A stretch of DNA of 64,000 nt, from NCBI GenBank assembly GCA_963742445.1, contig CAVULV010000003.1:67504-131503 (forward strand), written 5' to 3'. The translations under genes and the position numbers were made by a program. Under the pieces are notes generated by a model. The model had not been told where the DNA came from. It made no database searches and worked only from the letters and a program-made list of their open reading frames with translations. Positions 35,739 to 44,254 of the stretch are shown one piece after another. Position 1 is the stretch's first letter. Every line of letters starts with the position of its first letter. Source of the DNA: an uncultured Acidimicrobiaceae bacterium. Its GTDB lineage: Bacteria; Actinomycetota; Acidimicrobiia; Acidimicrobiales; RAAP-2.

Positions 35739-36856
35739 ACGCTCTCGCCTCCGGTCGCCACGAAGTCCGGTCGGACAAGGGGGAGGGCTGGGCCGTCCGC
35801 GGCAAACGCTGGAATCAAGGACGGGATCAGAGGAGCCACCTCGGCCATTGTCAAGCTGATCTGGTGCAGCGTGGGCGTCGTCAGTCGTTGCTCGAGGAGG
35901 CGGAGTTGGCGCTCGACGTCCAGGGGGTGACACATCGGAAATAGGACGATGACCCCGTGACCGTCCCACGGGCCGATGGGCAAGGTCGGGCCCACCACTG
36001 CACGCGTCGCACTCGCGAGCGGGCTGGTGGCATGTGATCCTGCGATCGCCACGGCAGGCATGGGAATCGGTTTGCGGCGTGTCCATCGCAAGCTGAGGAC
36101 GTCTGCCACCATCCGGAACGGATCCGACAACGGTCGGATGTGGCTCCCGGCAACTTGGCGCCAGTGCACTGGAACTTCGGTCACAGTGATCCCGAAGCGC
36201 CGAGCTGTCAACAGCAGATCGACGTCGAAGGCATACCGGTTGACCTGCGAGTAGTGGAACAGGAGACGTGCGATGGGCGTTCGGAAAGCCTTGAACCCGC
36301 ATTGGGTGTCGCGGAGCGGGAGGCCGGTGAGGATCGAGACGATCCGATTGAACGTGCGACCCAGTAGGACACGGTCCAGGCTTGTGTCTTCGGTGGAAGA
36401 CCCGGGCGTTGCGCGCGAGCCGATGGCCATTCCGCTCCCGATCAGCTCAACGAGCAGCGAAGGCAGAGTGGAGGGTTGAACAGCCATGTCGGCGTCCATG
36501 AAGGCAACGAGAGCCCCGCTGGCCTGTGCCACCCCGGCACGTACGGCCGCACCCTTCCCCACGTTCTTGGGAAGTCGAATGACGCGTAGGTCGGCGAACG
36601 AGGCCAGCCTGCGTTCGACCTCGACAGAGGTGTCATCCGAGGATCCGTCGTCGACGACGAGGATCTCTACGACGCCCCGACCCAACTCGCCTCGAGCGAT
36701 CGACGCGCTCAGTTCGTCAAGGGCCTGGGCTATCCGGGCACCCTCATTGAAGGCAGGAATGATGACGGACAACTCGACGGGTTCGTTGGGGGCGGCGCGC
36801 ACCACGTGCAGTGATCGCTTAACCGGTGGTTGCGCGCCCCTTCTTCGTGCTGCCAT
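35705..36856 (-). CDS. GT2 glycosyltransferase, polyprenyl/dolichyl-phosphate sugar synthase-like, with a ~130-aa C-terminal extension
   Basis: 'LSVIIPAFNEG', 'VVDDGSSDDT', 'NVGKGAAVRAGV', 'FMDADM' and 'DTQCGFKAF'. The 3' end overlaps the convergent gene by 34 nt. Confidence 0.75.
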   Translation of the reverse strand: MAARRRGAQPPVKRSLHVVRAAPNEPVELSVIIPAFNEGARIAQALDELSASIARGELGRGVVEILVVDDGSSDDTSVEVERRLASFADLRVIRLPKNVGKGAAVRAGVAQASGALVAFMDADMAVQPSTLPSLLVELIGSGMAIGSRATPGSSTEDTSLDRVLLGRTFNRIVSILTGLPLRDTQCGFKAFRTPIARLLFHYSQVNRYAFDVDLLLTARRFGITVTEVPVHWRQVAGSHIRPLSDPFRMVADVLSLRWTRRKPIPMPAVAIAGSHATSPLASATRAVVGPTLPIGPWDGHGVIVLFPMCHPLDVERQLRLLEQRLTTPTLHQISLTMAEVAPLIPSLIPAFAADGPALPLVRPDFVATGGESVQPREPGARKP

Positions 36857-37201
36857 TCTCCCCCGTGGTTCGAGCGTACCCTCCGACGTTGGATCGTCAG
36901 TTTAGGCAGACGTGCGCAATGGAGTCGCGGAATGGAGTCGAACGTCACAGGACCCCGACCGCTGGTATCCGGTTGGACGCCAGGGCCGTCACAATCGGCG
37001 GTCGTTGGCGGTCCAAGCCGACCTGCGACAGCGACCTACAACCGCCGCCGCCAGCAGGTATTGAGGAGCCTGGCGCCGCTCGAATATGAGACCATGTTGC
37101 AGCACGGCGGACGCGGCCTGAGGAATGCGCACCAGCCGAGTCAACGAAGCGCTGGCAGACCCGACTGACCGGTCCCGGTCCGTTGCGAGGAAGTAAGCCC
37201 C

Positions 37202-38938
37202 ATGAAGGCCACAAATCTACTTCGGGAGAGCGAAACCGAGCCCTACATGGCTTTGATCGAGACTGGAGGAGGCACGAACGGCAGAAGAACCTTCCTGCCT
37301 ATTGCCACCTGGGCGTCCTGGACGATCGCCGTGCTCGGAATCGCTCTGCGGATCCGCCAGTTCGTATTCGATAGGTCACTCTGGAACGACGAGGCAGATC
37401 TCGCACTCAACGTGATCAATCGGGGGTACATGGGACTCACGAGGCAACTCGCCCTCGACCAAGGTGCACCGATTGGATTTCTTTGGTTGGAGAAGACCGC
37501 AACAGAAATCTTCGGACCAAGTGAATATGCATTGCGCTTAGTGCCACTCATCGCCGGCATCGGAAGCGTGTTGCTCTTCCGTAGCCTGACAGCCAAAGTC
37601 TTGCCGTCTCTAGCGGGAGGGGTGGCTCTCGGGTTGTTCGCAGTGTGCCCGACGCTCGTCTACTTCTCCAGCGAAGTCAAGCAATACGGCGTAGACGTTG
37701 CCGCCGTGGTGGCTATTGCTTGGTTACTCCCCCTCATGCTCGAAGGCGACCTGACCTGGCGCAAATGCCTTTCGTACGGCGGGGTTGGCGCCGTACTGGT
37801 GTGGTGTTCCTTTCCCGCAGTGTTCGTTCTGGCGGCGGAATCTTGCGTCATTGTCGTCATGCGATGGAACCGCAAGGAACTGGAGTGGCTGCCGAGATTT
37901 CTTGCCGGTTGCGGTATCTGGTTGGTGAGCTTCGGCGTCGAATACGTCGCGTCCTTGCGTGCCCTCGGCTCCAACCCGACGCTGTTGAGCTTTTGGGCCG
38001 GCGCCTATCCGCCCAAACCATATGGAGCGGGTGCCAGCCTGAGCGCGACGCTGAGTTGGTTTCCACACCAACTTCGCGGGTGGATCCAGTACCCGTGGAA
38101 CCTTTCGTTGCCGCCCGGGCACGGTTACACTTTCCTTTACCCCCTGGCGTTGATACTGCTCATCGCCGGGCTGGGTCTGCTGCTGTGGCGGCGGCGAGGC
38201 GTCGGCTTGCTGATCGTGGCTGTCGCCGGCATGGCCTCCATCGCCGGCATGATGCACGTCTACCCCTTGTCCGACCGCATGCTCCTGTTCACGGTGCCCT
38301 TCATTTGCCTGACCCTGGGTGGGATCCTGTTGGTATCGGGTCGACTTCCCATACAGATGCTGTGTATCGGCATGATCCTCGTCGTGAGTGTTCCGGAGGT
38401 TGCGACCGCCGCCGATGCGGTTCTTCGCCCCTACACCAGGGTTGAGGAACGAGCGGCCATCACCTACGTCATGCAACATAGGCAACCTGGCGACGCGATA
38501 CTGGTCGAGGGTTTGGGAGAAGCACAATTTGCTTACTACCACGAGACCATCGGAGTGAATGCAGTCGGAGCATTTGGTCTGTATGGAAGCTCTACGCCAT
38601 GCGACAACGCAGCGAATTTGGCACGGCTCACACATTGGAGTCGAGTCTGGTTGGTGTTCGGCATCGATCCCAACGCCGAACCCGATGCAACCGTTGAGTA
38701 CACGACGGCCTTTGCCAACGCGGGACACGTCATATCGGCCTACTATCCACCGGTCCACGTCTCCGACCAGAGCGACGGTGCCGGCATGGCGGCGGCCCTG
38801 CTGTTGAAGATCCGCCATGGGTCCACGCGGGGTCACCCCGTGGTTTCAGCCCCGAGTTGGCAGCCGGCTACATATGGATGCATCTCAGTCTTTCTTTCGC
38901 GACCCCAACAATGGGTGGCAGATATCAACCTCCACTGA
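37202..38938 (+). CDS. GT39/GT83-type GT-C glycosyltransferase (PMT_2/ArnT-like)
   Basis: Intact 578-aa polytopic ORF. First-loop acidic motif 'SLWNDEADLALNV' and 'FGPSEYALRLVPLIAGIGSVLLF', typical of PMT_2 proteins. Confidence 0.65.
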   Translation: MKATNLLRESETEPYMALIETGGGTNGRRTFLPIATWASWTIAVLGIALRIRQFVFDRSLWNDEADLALNVINRGYMGLTRQLALDQGAPIGFLWLEKTATEIFGPSEYALRLVPLIAGIGSVLLFRSLTAKVLPSLAGGVALGLFAVCPTLVYFSSEVKQYGVDVAAVVAIAWLLPLMLEGDLTWRKCLSYGGVGAVLVWCSFPAVFVLAAESCVIVVMRWNRKELEWLPRFLAGCGIWLVSFGVEYVASLRALGSNPTLLSFWAGAYPPKPYGAGASLSATLSWFPHQLRGWIQYPWNLSLPPGHGYTFLYPLALILLIAGLGLLLWRRRGVGLLIVAVAGMASIAGMMHVYPLSDRMLLFTVPFICLTLGGILLVSGRLPIQMLCIGMILVVSVPEVATAADAVLRPYTRVEERAAITYVMQHRQPGDAILVEGLGEAQFAYYHETIGVNAVGAFGLYGSSTPCDNAANLARLTHWSRVWLVFGIDPNAEPDATVEYTTAFANAGHVISAYYPPVHVSDQSDGAGMAAALLLKIRHGSTRGHPVVSAPSWQPATYGCISVFLSRPQQWVADINLH

Positions 38939-39040
38939 CCGGTAGTGGTGAGGTGGGTTCGTGGGCTCTACAACCCGATGCGCTGCCATTCAAGCAGTCG
39001 GGCAACCGCACACGGTCCACCCAACGGGTCAACCGCACAC

Positions 39041-39094
39041 GGTCGGGCTGCCGGGATATGAACCCGGGACCTCTTGACCCCCAGTGCGCTAATC
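39041..39094 (-). repeat. tRNA-Pro(GGG) 3'-end copy 1 (degenerate; att-like)
   Basis: 'GGTCGGGCTGCCGGGATATGAACCCGGGACCTCTTGACCCCCAGT' followed by 'GCGCTAATC'. One mismatch and a 5-nt gap relative to the tRNA at 51795-51872. It does not fold as a tRNA. Confidence 0.8.
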
Positions 39095-39181
39095 GTTGCG
39101 GCGTCCCGTGGTCGCTGGTGGCGTTACGCCCGCTCACGGAGAGTCCGCCACCGCCCCTCAGCTCACCCCCCGGGTTTGTGA

Positions 39182-39478
39182 CGTTCGCCCCTGTCGTCGC
39201 CCAGCGGCATTGCGCCGCCGTGGTCAGGTGGCTTTGCGGGACTTCTCCACGGCGTTTTCGATGCTCTCGACGCCGCCCCGCCCAATGTGGGCCGCCATTT
39301 GGTGCAGCGCGTCAAAGTGTCCGAGGGGTGGGGTCAGATCCACCACGTCTACGTCTTCTCGGGCATCAGGTACCTCGAGGCCGGTGTCGGCCTCGAGCAG
39401 GCGATCCGCACGATCGTGGCCGGTGTCATGAGCGGCCGGCGCCTTGTCGTGAGGATCGTCTGGGCCGAACTGACCTGA
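39182..39478 (+). pseudogene. Small-protein paralogue of 39864-40130, apparently 5'-truncated
   Basis: 'LLHGVFDALDAAPPNV..VKVSEGWGQIHHVYVFSG..IRTIVAGVMSGRRLVVRIVWAEL' aligns by eye with the 88-aa ORF downstream. Confidence 0.35.
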
Positions 39479-39863
39479 TCCCTCAGCCGCCAGCTGCAGG
39501 CGACGGACTGCCGCGGGGCGCCGGCATGGACGGGCGGATGGATCTCGCCCTGTCGGGGACCACTGGTTCCGCGTGTGGGATTGCACTGACCACCTCGAAG
39601 GCCAGACGGGCTGCGCCAGTTCGGAGGCACCCGCCCCACCGCAGTCCCCACCTGTGACGCCCTGCCCGTGCACTCTTGCGATCTCCGCGAGAGCGGGCTC
39701 AAATGTCGGCCGCCACCGATGACCGATCGCCACATTCAGGGGGTGAGGTGGCCGGTTCAACCCTGTGCGTTCTCTCCGGGGTTGGGCCGCGAGCGTGGGC
39801 GCCGGAAATCGGATCTACGTCCCGACAACTACATCGCGGCCATGACATTCGGCTCTGGCCTCA

Positions 39864-40130
39864 TTGACCGAGATCGACCATCTTGGCATTGTGGTGCTCT
39901 CGGACCTGTCGGACACGGTCTACGGCGCCTTGAACGACGCACTTCCCGACCCTCACTCGGTCTGGCGCGTCGAAGTGTTCGAGGGTTGGGCCAGAATCCC
40001 CTTCGTCACCGTTTACGCCGGGATGAGCCGCAGCGCGGCCGGCGCCGCACTCGCCGAGAAGATTCATGCGGTCGTCGCCGGGGTCATGGATGGGCGCCGC
40101 CATGATGTCCGGATCATCTGGGCAATCTGA
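39864..40130 (+). CDS. Hypothetical 88-aa protein (VOC-like N-terminal motif 'IDHLGIVV')
   Basis: 'MTEIDHLGIVVLSDLSDTVYGALNDAL..VWRVEVFEGWARIPFVTVYAG..HAVVAGVMDGRRHDVRIIWAI'. A paralogue lies at 39182-39478. Confidence 0.4.
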   Translation: MTEIDHLGIVVLSDLSDTVYGALNDALPDPHSVWRVEVFEGWARIPFVTVYAGMSRSAAGAALAEKIHAVVAGVMDGRRHDVRIIWAI

Positions 40131-40256
40131 CATCCGTGGGCCGCTTGAACGTGCCCCGGTCTTCTCCAGGACCTTCCGACAGTCTCCGAATTGCGACCGA
40201 AAGCTCGACGGCCTTCTCCGAGTTCTCGTACAGACCAGGCTTCCCCCAGTCACTGA

Positions 40257-40299
40257 GTCGGGCTGCCGGGATTTGACCCGGGACCTCTTGACCCCCAGT
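40257..40299 (-). repeat. tRNA-Pro(GGG) 3'-end copy 2 (att-like)
   Basis: Same 43-mer with a 1-nt deletion (ATTTGA-CCCGGG). The right-hand flank is homologous to the flank of copy 1. Confidence 0.8.
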
Positions 40300-40428
40300 G
40301 CGGTTGGCGTTGTGGCGTCCTGTGATCGTTGGTGGCGTTGCGGCTGCTCACGTCACCTCCTGCCTGCTGCCCACTCCCCCGCTGTGGCGTCCTGTGGTGC
40401 CCCGTTGTCCCGGAGTCGGGTTGCAGGG

Positions 40429-40689
40429 ATGGTCGCACTCGGAGGGTGTGTAACTTTTTCACATGGCACTGAGAGGACCGTCGAACAGAAGATCTTCGAC
40501 ATCATGCAGGTATCCCTTGCTCCGACTGCCTTGGCGCTGGAGTCAGCCGTCAACGGATTGCAGGAGGCAGTCCGGGTGGGTAGTTCCGAGATCGCCGATG
40601 ATCCGGCCGTCGAGTTGCTCCAGGCTATTGCGGGCAGCCTCGTCGGATCGGTCATACAGTTGGCCAAGGAGGTCGACGGCCTGGAGTAG
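40429..40689 (+). CDS. Small hypothetical helical protein (61-87 aa depending on start)
   Basis: Tail of ORF 40066-40689: '..MQVSLAPTALALESAVNGLQEAVRVGSSEIADDPAVELLQAIAGSLVGSVIQLAKEVDGLE'. No family recognised. Confidence 0.3.
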   Translation: MVALGGCVTFSHGTERTVEQKIFDIMQVSLAPTALALESAVNGLQEAVRVGSSEIADDPAVELLQAIAGSLVGSVIQLAKEVDGLE

Positions 40690-40701
40690 CCCCAGGCATC
40701 C

Positions 40702-41151
40702 TCACGCCAAACTCCTCCGCAGGCCCCGGCGAACCCGTCCAGTCGTCCCGCCCCACACGCCCACGGTCGATGCCACTTCGAGGGCCGAGGCGAGGCACTC
40801 CGACCTCACGGAGCACTGTTCGCAGTAGCCAAGGCCTCGTCCGGGCGGTGAGTACCGGCGCTCGGGGAAGAAGAGCTCGGGGACGGCTCGCCTGCAGGCT
40901 GCTGACCGGTGCCACGCCGGCCGGTGGACGAGCTCGGCCCGGAGGTCCTCGACGTCGGGTGTCTCCCGGGATGCCATCAGCCATTCGACGGTGCGATCTT
41001 CAGCGAGCGCCGCCTCGGCCCGGGCCGCCTCGGCCCGGGCCGCCTCGAGCTCCGTCAGCATCGGGGTCTGGTAGGGCGTGGGTTCCTCATCGAGGAGGTC
41101 GACCATCGGCCTCTGAGGGTACGGCCGGGCAGTGGCGATCGGGTGGACCAT
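40702..41151 (-). CDS. WhiB-like (Wbl) Fe-S transcription factor with an N-terminal Ala/Glu-rich extension
   Basis: 'C-x23-CEQC-x5-C' cysteine pattern, the 'GVWGG' turn and a basic tail 'GRVRRGLRR' in ORF 40702-41364. It is the only apparently intact Wbl of three. Confidence 0.65.
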   Translation of the reverse strand: MVHPIATARPYPQRPMVDLLDEEPTPYQTPMLTELEAARAEAARAEAALAEDRTVEWLMASRETPDVEDLRAELVHRPAWHRSAACRRAVPELFFPERRYSPPGRGLGYCEQCSVRSECLASALEVASTVGVWGGTTGRVRRGLRRSLA

Positions 41152-41899
41152 CGTTGTCAATTCGTTGTGCCAGTCCAGTCCGGTCGGCTCTACCTCCGCT
41201 TCAGCGATGCTGCTGTTCTGATCTTGGGTGCAGATGACCGATGTGATCAGCCCGAGTTCTACCTCGCACCGTCCACATCGCTTTGGGTCACCCGAATCGA
41301 ACGCGGCCAGCCCTGGGCAACTGAGAGCCGGACCCAATAGGCGTCCCCGTCGAAGGAGATCCATGACACCGTAGGGGGTAATCCCTCGGGTCCAGATAGC
41401 GCGAGAAGATTGGACCGGTACTTCGGGTCCATTCGATAGCCGCCAATCGGGCGGTCAACTTCGGCGATGCAAGTACCACCAGCCCGACCCCGAGCCCGCC
41501 ACGACAACTTCGCCAGTCTCTTCACGGAACCTTCTTCCGGTTCGGCACCTCTGGTTACGAGTGTACGCCTTCAGCCCTACATGTCGGGCCCGGGAAGTTC
41601 TGAAGTGGGTGTCCCCGACCGCCGGGTTAGCGGCTCCATCAGGGTCACCAGTTCTCCATGTACTTCGATTGCACAACCGTCGAACAACGACGCTAGAAGC
41701 GAGTCTGACGTCAAGAGCCTCAAGGCGCCCCGGTTTGTGGTCGATATTGGTCTAGCAACGGCGCTGCACCTTAATCGCTGGATCGAATGCAACGCCGGAC
41801 GCTCGGGAGCGATGCCGGATGGTGGTTGAGGCAACAGACCATGTCTGGCGGATCGCATTGAGCTGACGCGGATTGGTTCCGTGGGAAGGAGGGTCCAAC

Positions 41900-42430
41900 A
41901 TGCAGTTCCGCCGTCGAGTACCACGCCAACCTGCCGGCTGGGACGGGGTTTGCCAGATCGAGGGCGAGTTCGCTGCCAAGTGCCGGGTCATCGACATCTC
42001 GATGCTAGGTCTGGGAATCACTCTAGAGCACCCCTCGCCGGCCGAGCTCGCCGGACGCCGCATTTCCGTCGATGTTCCAACGGTCACCGGTGACTCGTTC
42101 AGGATCCGACTCGATGGCACAATAGCGAACGCACAGACGACTCGCGGCACAGCTGTCCGGGTTGGCATCGAGTTCGGGCAACCCCACGAAGCCGGGCTTG
42201 GCACCACCATTCTCGAGAGCACGATGAGCGATGACAAGGACAATCTTGGAGCATCACTTCTCCCGCTTCAGGAGTGCTACTCGGCAGTTGCCCGTGAACG
42301 GGGATATGGCTACAAATCGGCACAAGACACCATGCTGCTGATAACTGAGGAGATTGGCGAACTGGCGCGGCAGAATCCTGGACAACGGCAGCGACTTTCT
42401 CCTACCTCGAAAACCTGCGCAGCCTCATAA
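41900..42430 (+). CDS. PilZ-domain protein continuing in-frame into a truncated MazG-like NTP-pyrophosphohydrolase segment
   Basis: SD 'GGAAGGAGGG' lies 7 nt upstream of the ATG. PilZ motifs 'RRRVPR' (RxxxR) and 'DISMLG' (DxSxxG). C-terminal 'LQECYSAVARERGYGY..LLITEEIGELAR' is MazG-like and stops early. Confidence 0.55.
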   Translation: MQFRRRVPRQPAGWDGVCQIEGEFAAKCRVIDISMLGLGITLEHPSPAELAGRRISVDVPTVTGDSFRIRLDGTIANAQTTRGTAVRVGIEFGQPHEAGLGTTILESTMSDDKDNLGASLLPLQECYSAVARERGYGYKSAQDTMLLITEEIGELARQNPGQRQRLSPTSKTCAAS

Positions 42431-42907
42431 GGAGGTGGACTGCAGACTCGGCTCGACGTGAGATGAGGGTTCGGACACCCAGGTGGCCGGAGCGCGCTGA
42501 AGCAATGAAGAAGCCGGCGGAGCGCGGAACATCTTGGTAGATCGATGACTGGAATCCCGCGAACTCCTGGCGGCGCCATTTGTTCTTCCCGTATCCGGCG
42601 AGGCATGTCAGCGGGAACGGCTTGACCCAGATTTGCCTCTGATTTCAGAAGGCCATGCCAGATCAGCGATCCTGTTTGATTGGGCCGCGAGGAACCTCTA
42701 GGTAATCTACTTCCACTGAGCAGTCGACCGACGTACGCACCGCCCCGCTGGACAGCGATGCAGCACGAGCCCTGCTTGAGCCATCGACCTGCCCCAGATC
42801 GCCGGGCTGGGGTGTCACTCTGCGGCGCAATTGCCTCGGGCTGCGTCCTTGTGAGCACGTCGGCGAGGCGACAACACGGCCTCTCATGGGCGACGTAGTT
42901 TGCTTCA

Positions 42908-43546
42908 GTGCCGCGGGCCAAGCTTGGGGTCATCGCGCTGGTGTGTCTGTACGCAACCGCGATTTTGGCTTGGATCGTTGCGCATGGCCGTTCGCCGTAC
43001 GGGTTTGAGGATCCGGCTATCAAATGGCTCGGGCCTCCTACTGCCATCAGAGGCTGGGCCGACCTCGCTGAACTCTTGGCCGCCCCGACCATCATTGCCG
43101 TCCTCGTCGTCACCTTCGGCGTCGGCCTGGCGAGGCGGGCGTCTGTTCGTGTCGTTTATTACGCTGCGCTCGCGGCATGGACTCTGCTCATTTGCGATCA
43201 CGGGATCAAGGCGCTGGTCCAAAGGACCTATTACGGCGAGCTCACCTTCCCCTCCGGCCACGTCACGGCCGTCAGCGCGACGGCGCTTGCCATGTGGCTG
43301 GCTCTCGGCCCACTGCTCGGCAGGCAACAACGCTACGTGACTCTCGTCCTTGGCGGGGCCTGGGTCCTCCTTATGTCGCTGGCAGTGGTCGGCGCGCACT
43401 GGCACACCCCACTCGACGCCATCGGGTCCGTGTTGCTGTCTGTTGGCGTCGTCACTGCAGGTGCGGCTGTCTTCGAACCCGTTGGGACTCCAGGACCCTG
43501 CGAGGCTATGGGGCGCGATCTATTTGGGGCACAGGGCGGCAAATAG
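42908..43546 (+). CDS. PAP2-superfamily membrane phosphatase
   Basis: Intact 212-aa ORF with 5-6 TM segments. Motifs 'KALVQR', 'PSGH' and 'HWHTPLD'. Confidence 0.7.
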   Translation: MPRAKLGVIALVCLYATAILAWIVAHGRSPYGFEDPAIKWLGPPTAIRGWADLAELLAAPTIIAVLVVTFGVGLARRASVRVVYYAALAAWTLLICDHGIKALVQRTYYGELTFPSGHVTAVSATALAMWLALGPLLGRQQRYVTLVLGGAWVLLMSLAVVGAHWHTPLDAIGSVLLSVGVVTAGAAVFEPVGTPGPCEAMGRDLFGAQGGK

Positions 43547-43640
43547 CTGTCCGATGTCGCACCGAGTTCCTCCCAAAAGAAGTGCCGCGATCGGCGCTTC
43601 CGTTCCCGGACGCAGTAGCCCCCTGAACTGCTGATTCTTC

Positions 43641-43683
43641 GTCGGGCTGCCGGGATTTGAACCCGGGACCTCTTGACCCCCAG
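43641..43683 (-). repeat. tRNA-Pro(GGG) 3'-end copy 3 (att-like)
   Basis: 43/43 match to tRNA positions 51797-51839. Confidence 0.85.
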
Positions 43684-43883
43684 GCGGGTCTGGGTCGTTG
43701 GGTCCTGCTTGGTGTCAGCGGGTTGTGCCGGGTCGACCCAGGTTTCCCCGTTCGTTAGGTTGGGTGGTGTTTCGTTAGGTTGGGTGGTGTTGGGGGCAGT
43801 TTGGGGACACTTTGCGAAGTTGCGTTGACAAATCCGTTGACACCGCCGATCTGGGCACCGAGGTGGAGGTGTGTCAGCGGTAG

Positions 43884-44192
43884 TCAGAAGGGCGCCTCGC
43901 CGACACCTTGGAGGTGCCCGCTCGCATCGGTGCGCACACCTTGAACGCGGCGACCGTTGTTCACCAGTCGCAGCTCGAACGTTGTGAGCTGGAGGGTTCG
44001 CAGGTCCTCTTCGTTGAGGCCGTCGATGACCCCACCCCACGAGACCCGCCGCTCGATTGTGCCGCCGCGCCCGTCAGGCCTCTCGACCTTTTGCATCTCC
44101 GCGTCCCGGTTGGTGAGCTGCACGTGCACATCGAACCGCCTGCCACCGACCACGATCGTTGCAGCGCCGTTGTAGCTCGGCTCACTCATCAC
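43884..44192 (-). CDS. Hypothetical 102-aa protein (DUF4873-like pattern, tentative)
   Basis: 'MMSEPSYNGAATIVVGGRRFDVHVQLTNRD..SWGGVIDG..'. An identical copy lies at 47991-48299. Confidence 0.5.
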   Translation of the reverse strand: MMSEPSYNGAATIVVGGRRFDVHVQLTNRDAEMQKVERPDGRGGTIERRVSWGGVIDGLNEEDLRTLQLTTFELRLVNNGRRVQGVRTDASGHLQGVGEAPF

Positions 44193-44254
44193 CGTCTGCT
44201 CCTTCGCTCACGGCTGTTACGAAGGCACGGTAGGCCAGACGAGCACCCCTCACA

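Noticed and set aside
39041-39115. A second tRNA gene at the left edge of the island array.
   Set aside because: Only the T-arm, acceptor 3' half and part of the anticodon arm are present. The 5' anticodon stem and the 5' acceptor strand are missing or mismatched, so no cloverleaf forms. It is treated as an att-type partial duplicate.
42310-43113. 267-aa minus-strand ORF spanning the PilZ/PAP2 intergenic region. The same question applies to the 370-aa ORF at 37724-38836 antisense to the GT39 gene.
   Set aside because: There is no recognisable motif and the composition is odd. They overlap well-supported plus-strand genes (PAP2, GT39), so they are likely antisense artefacts.
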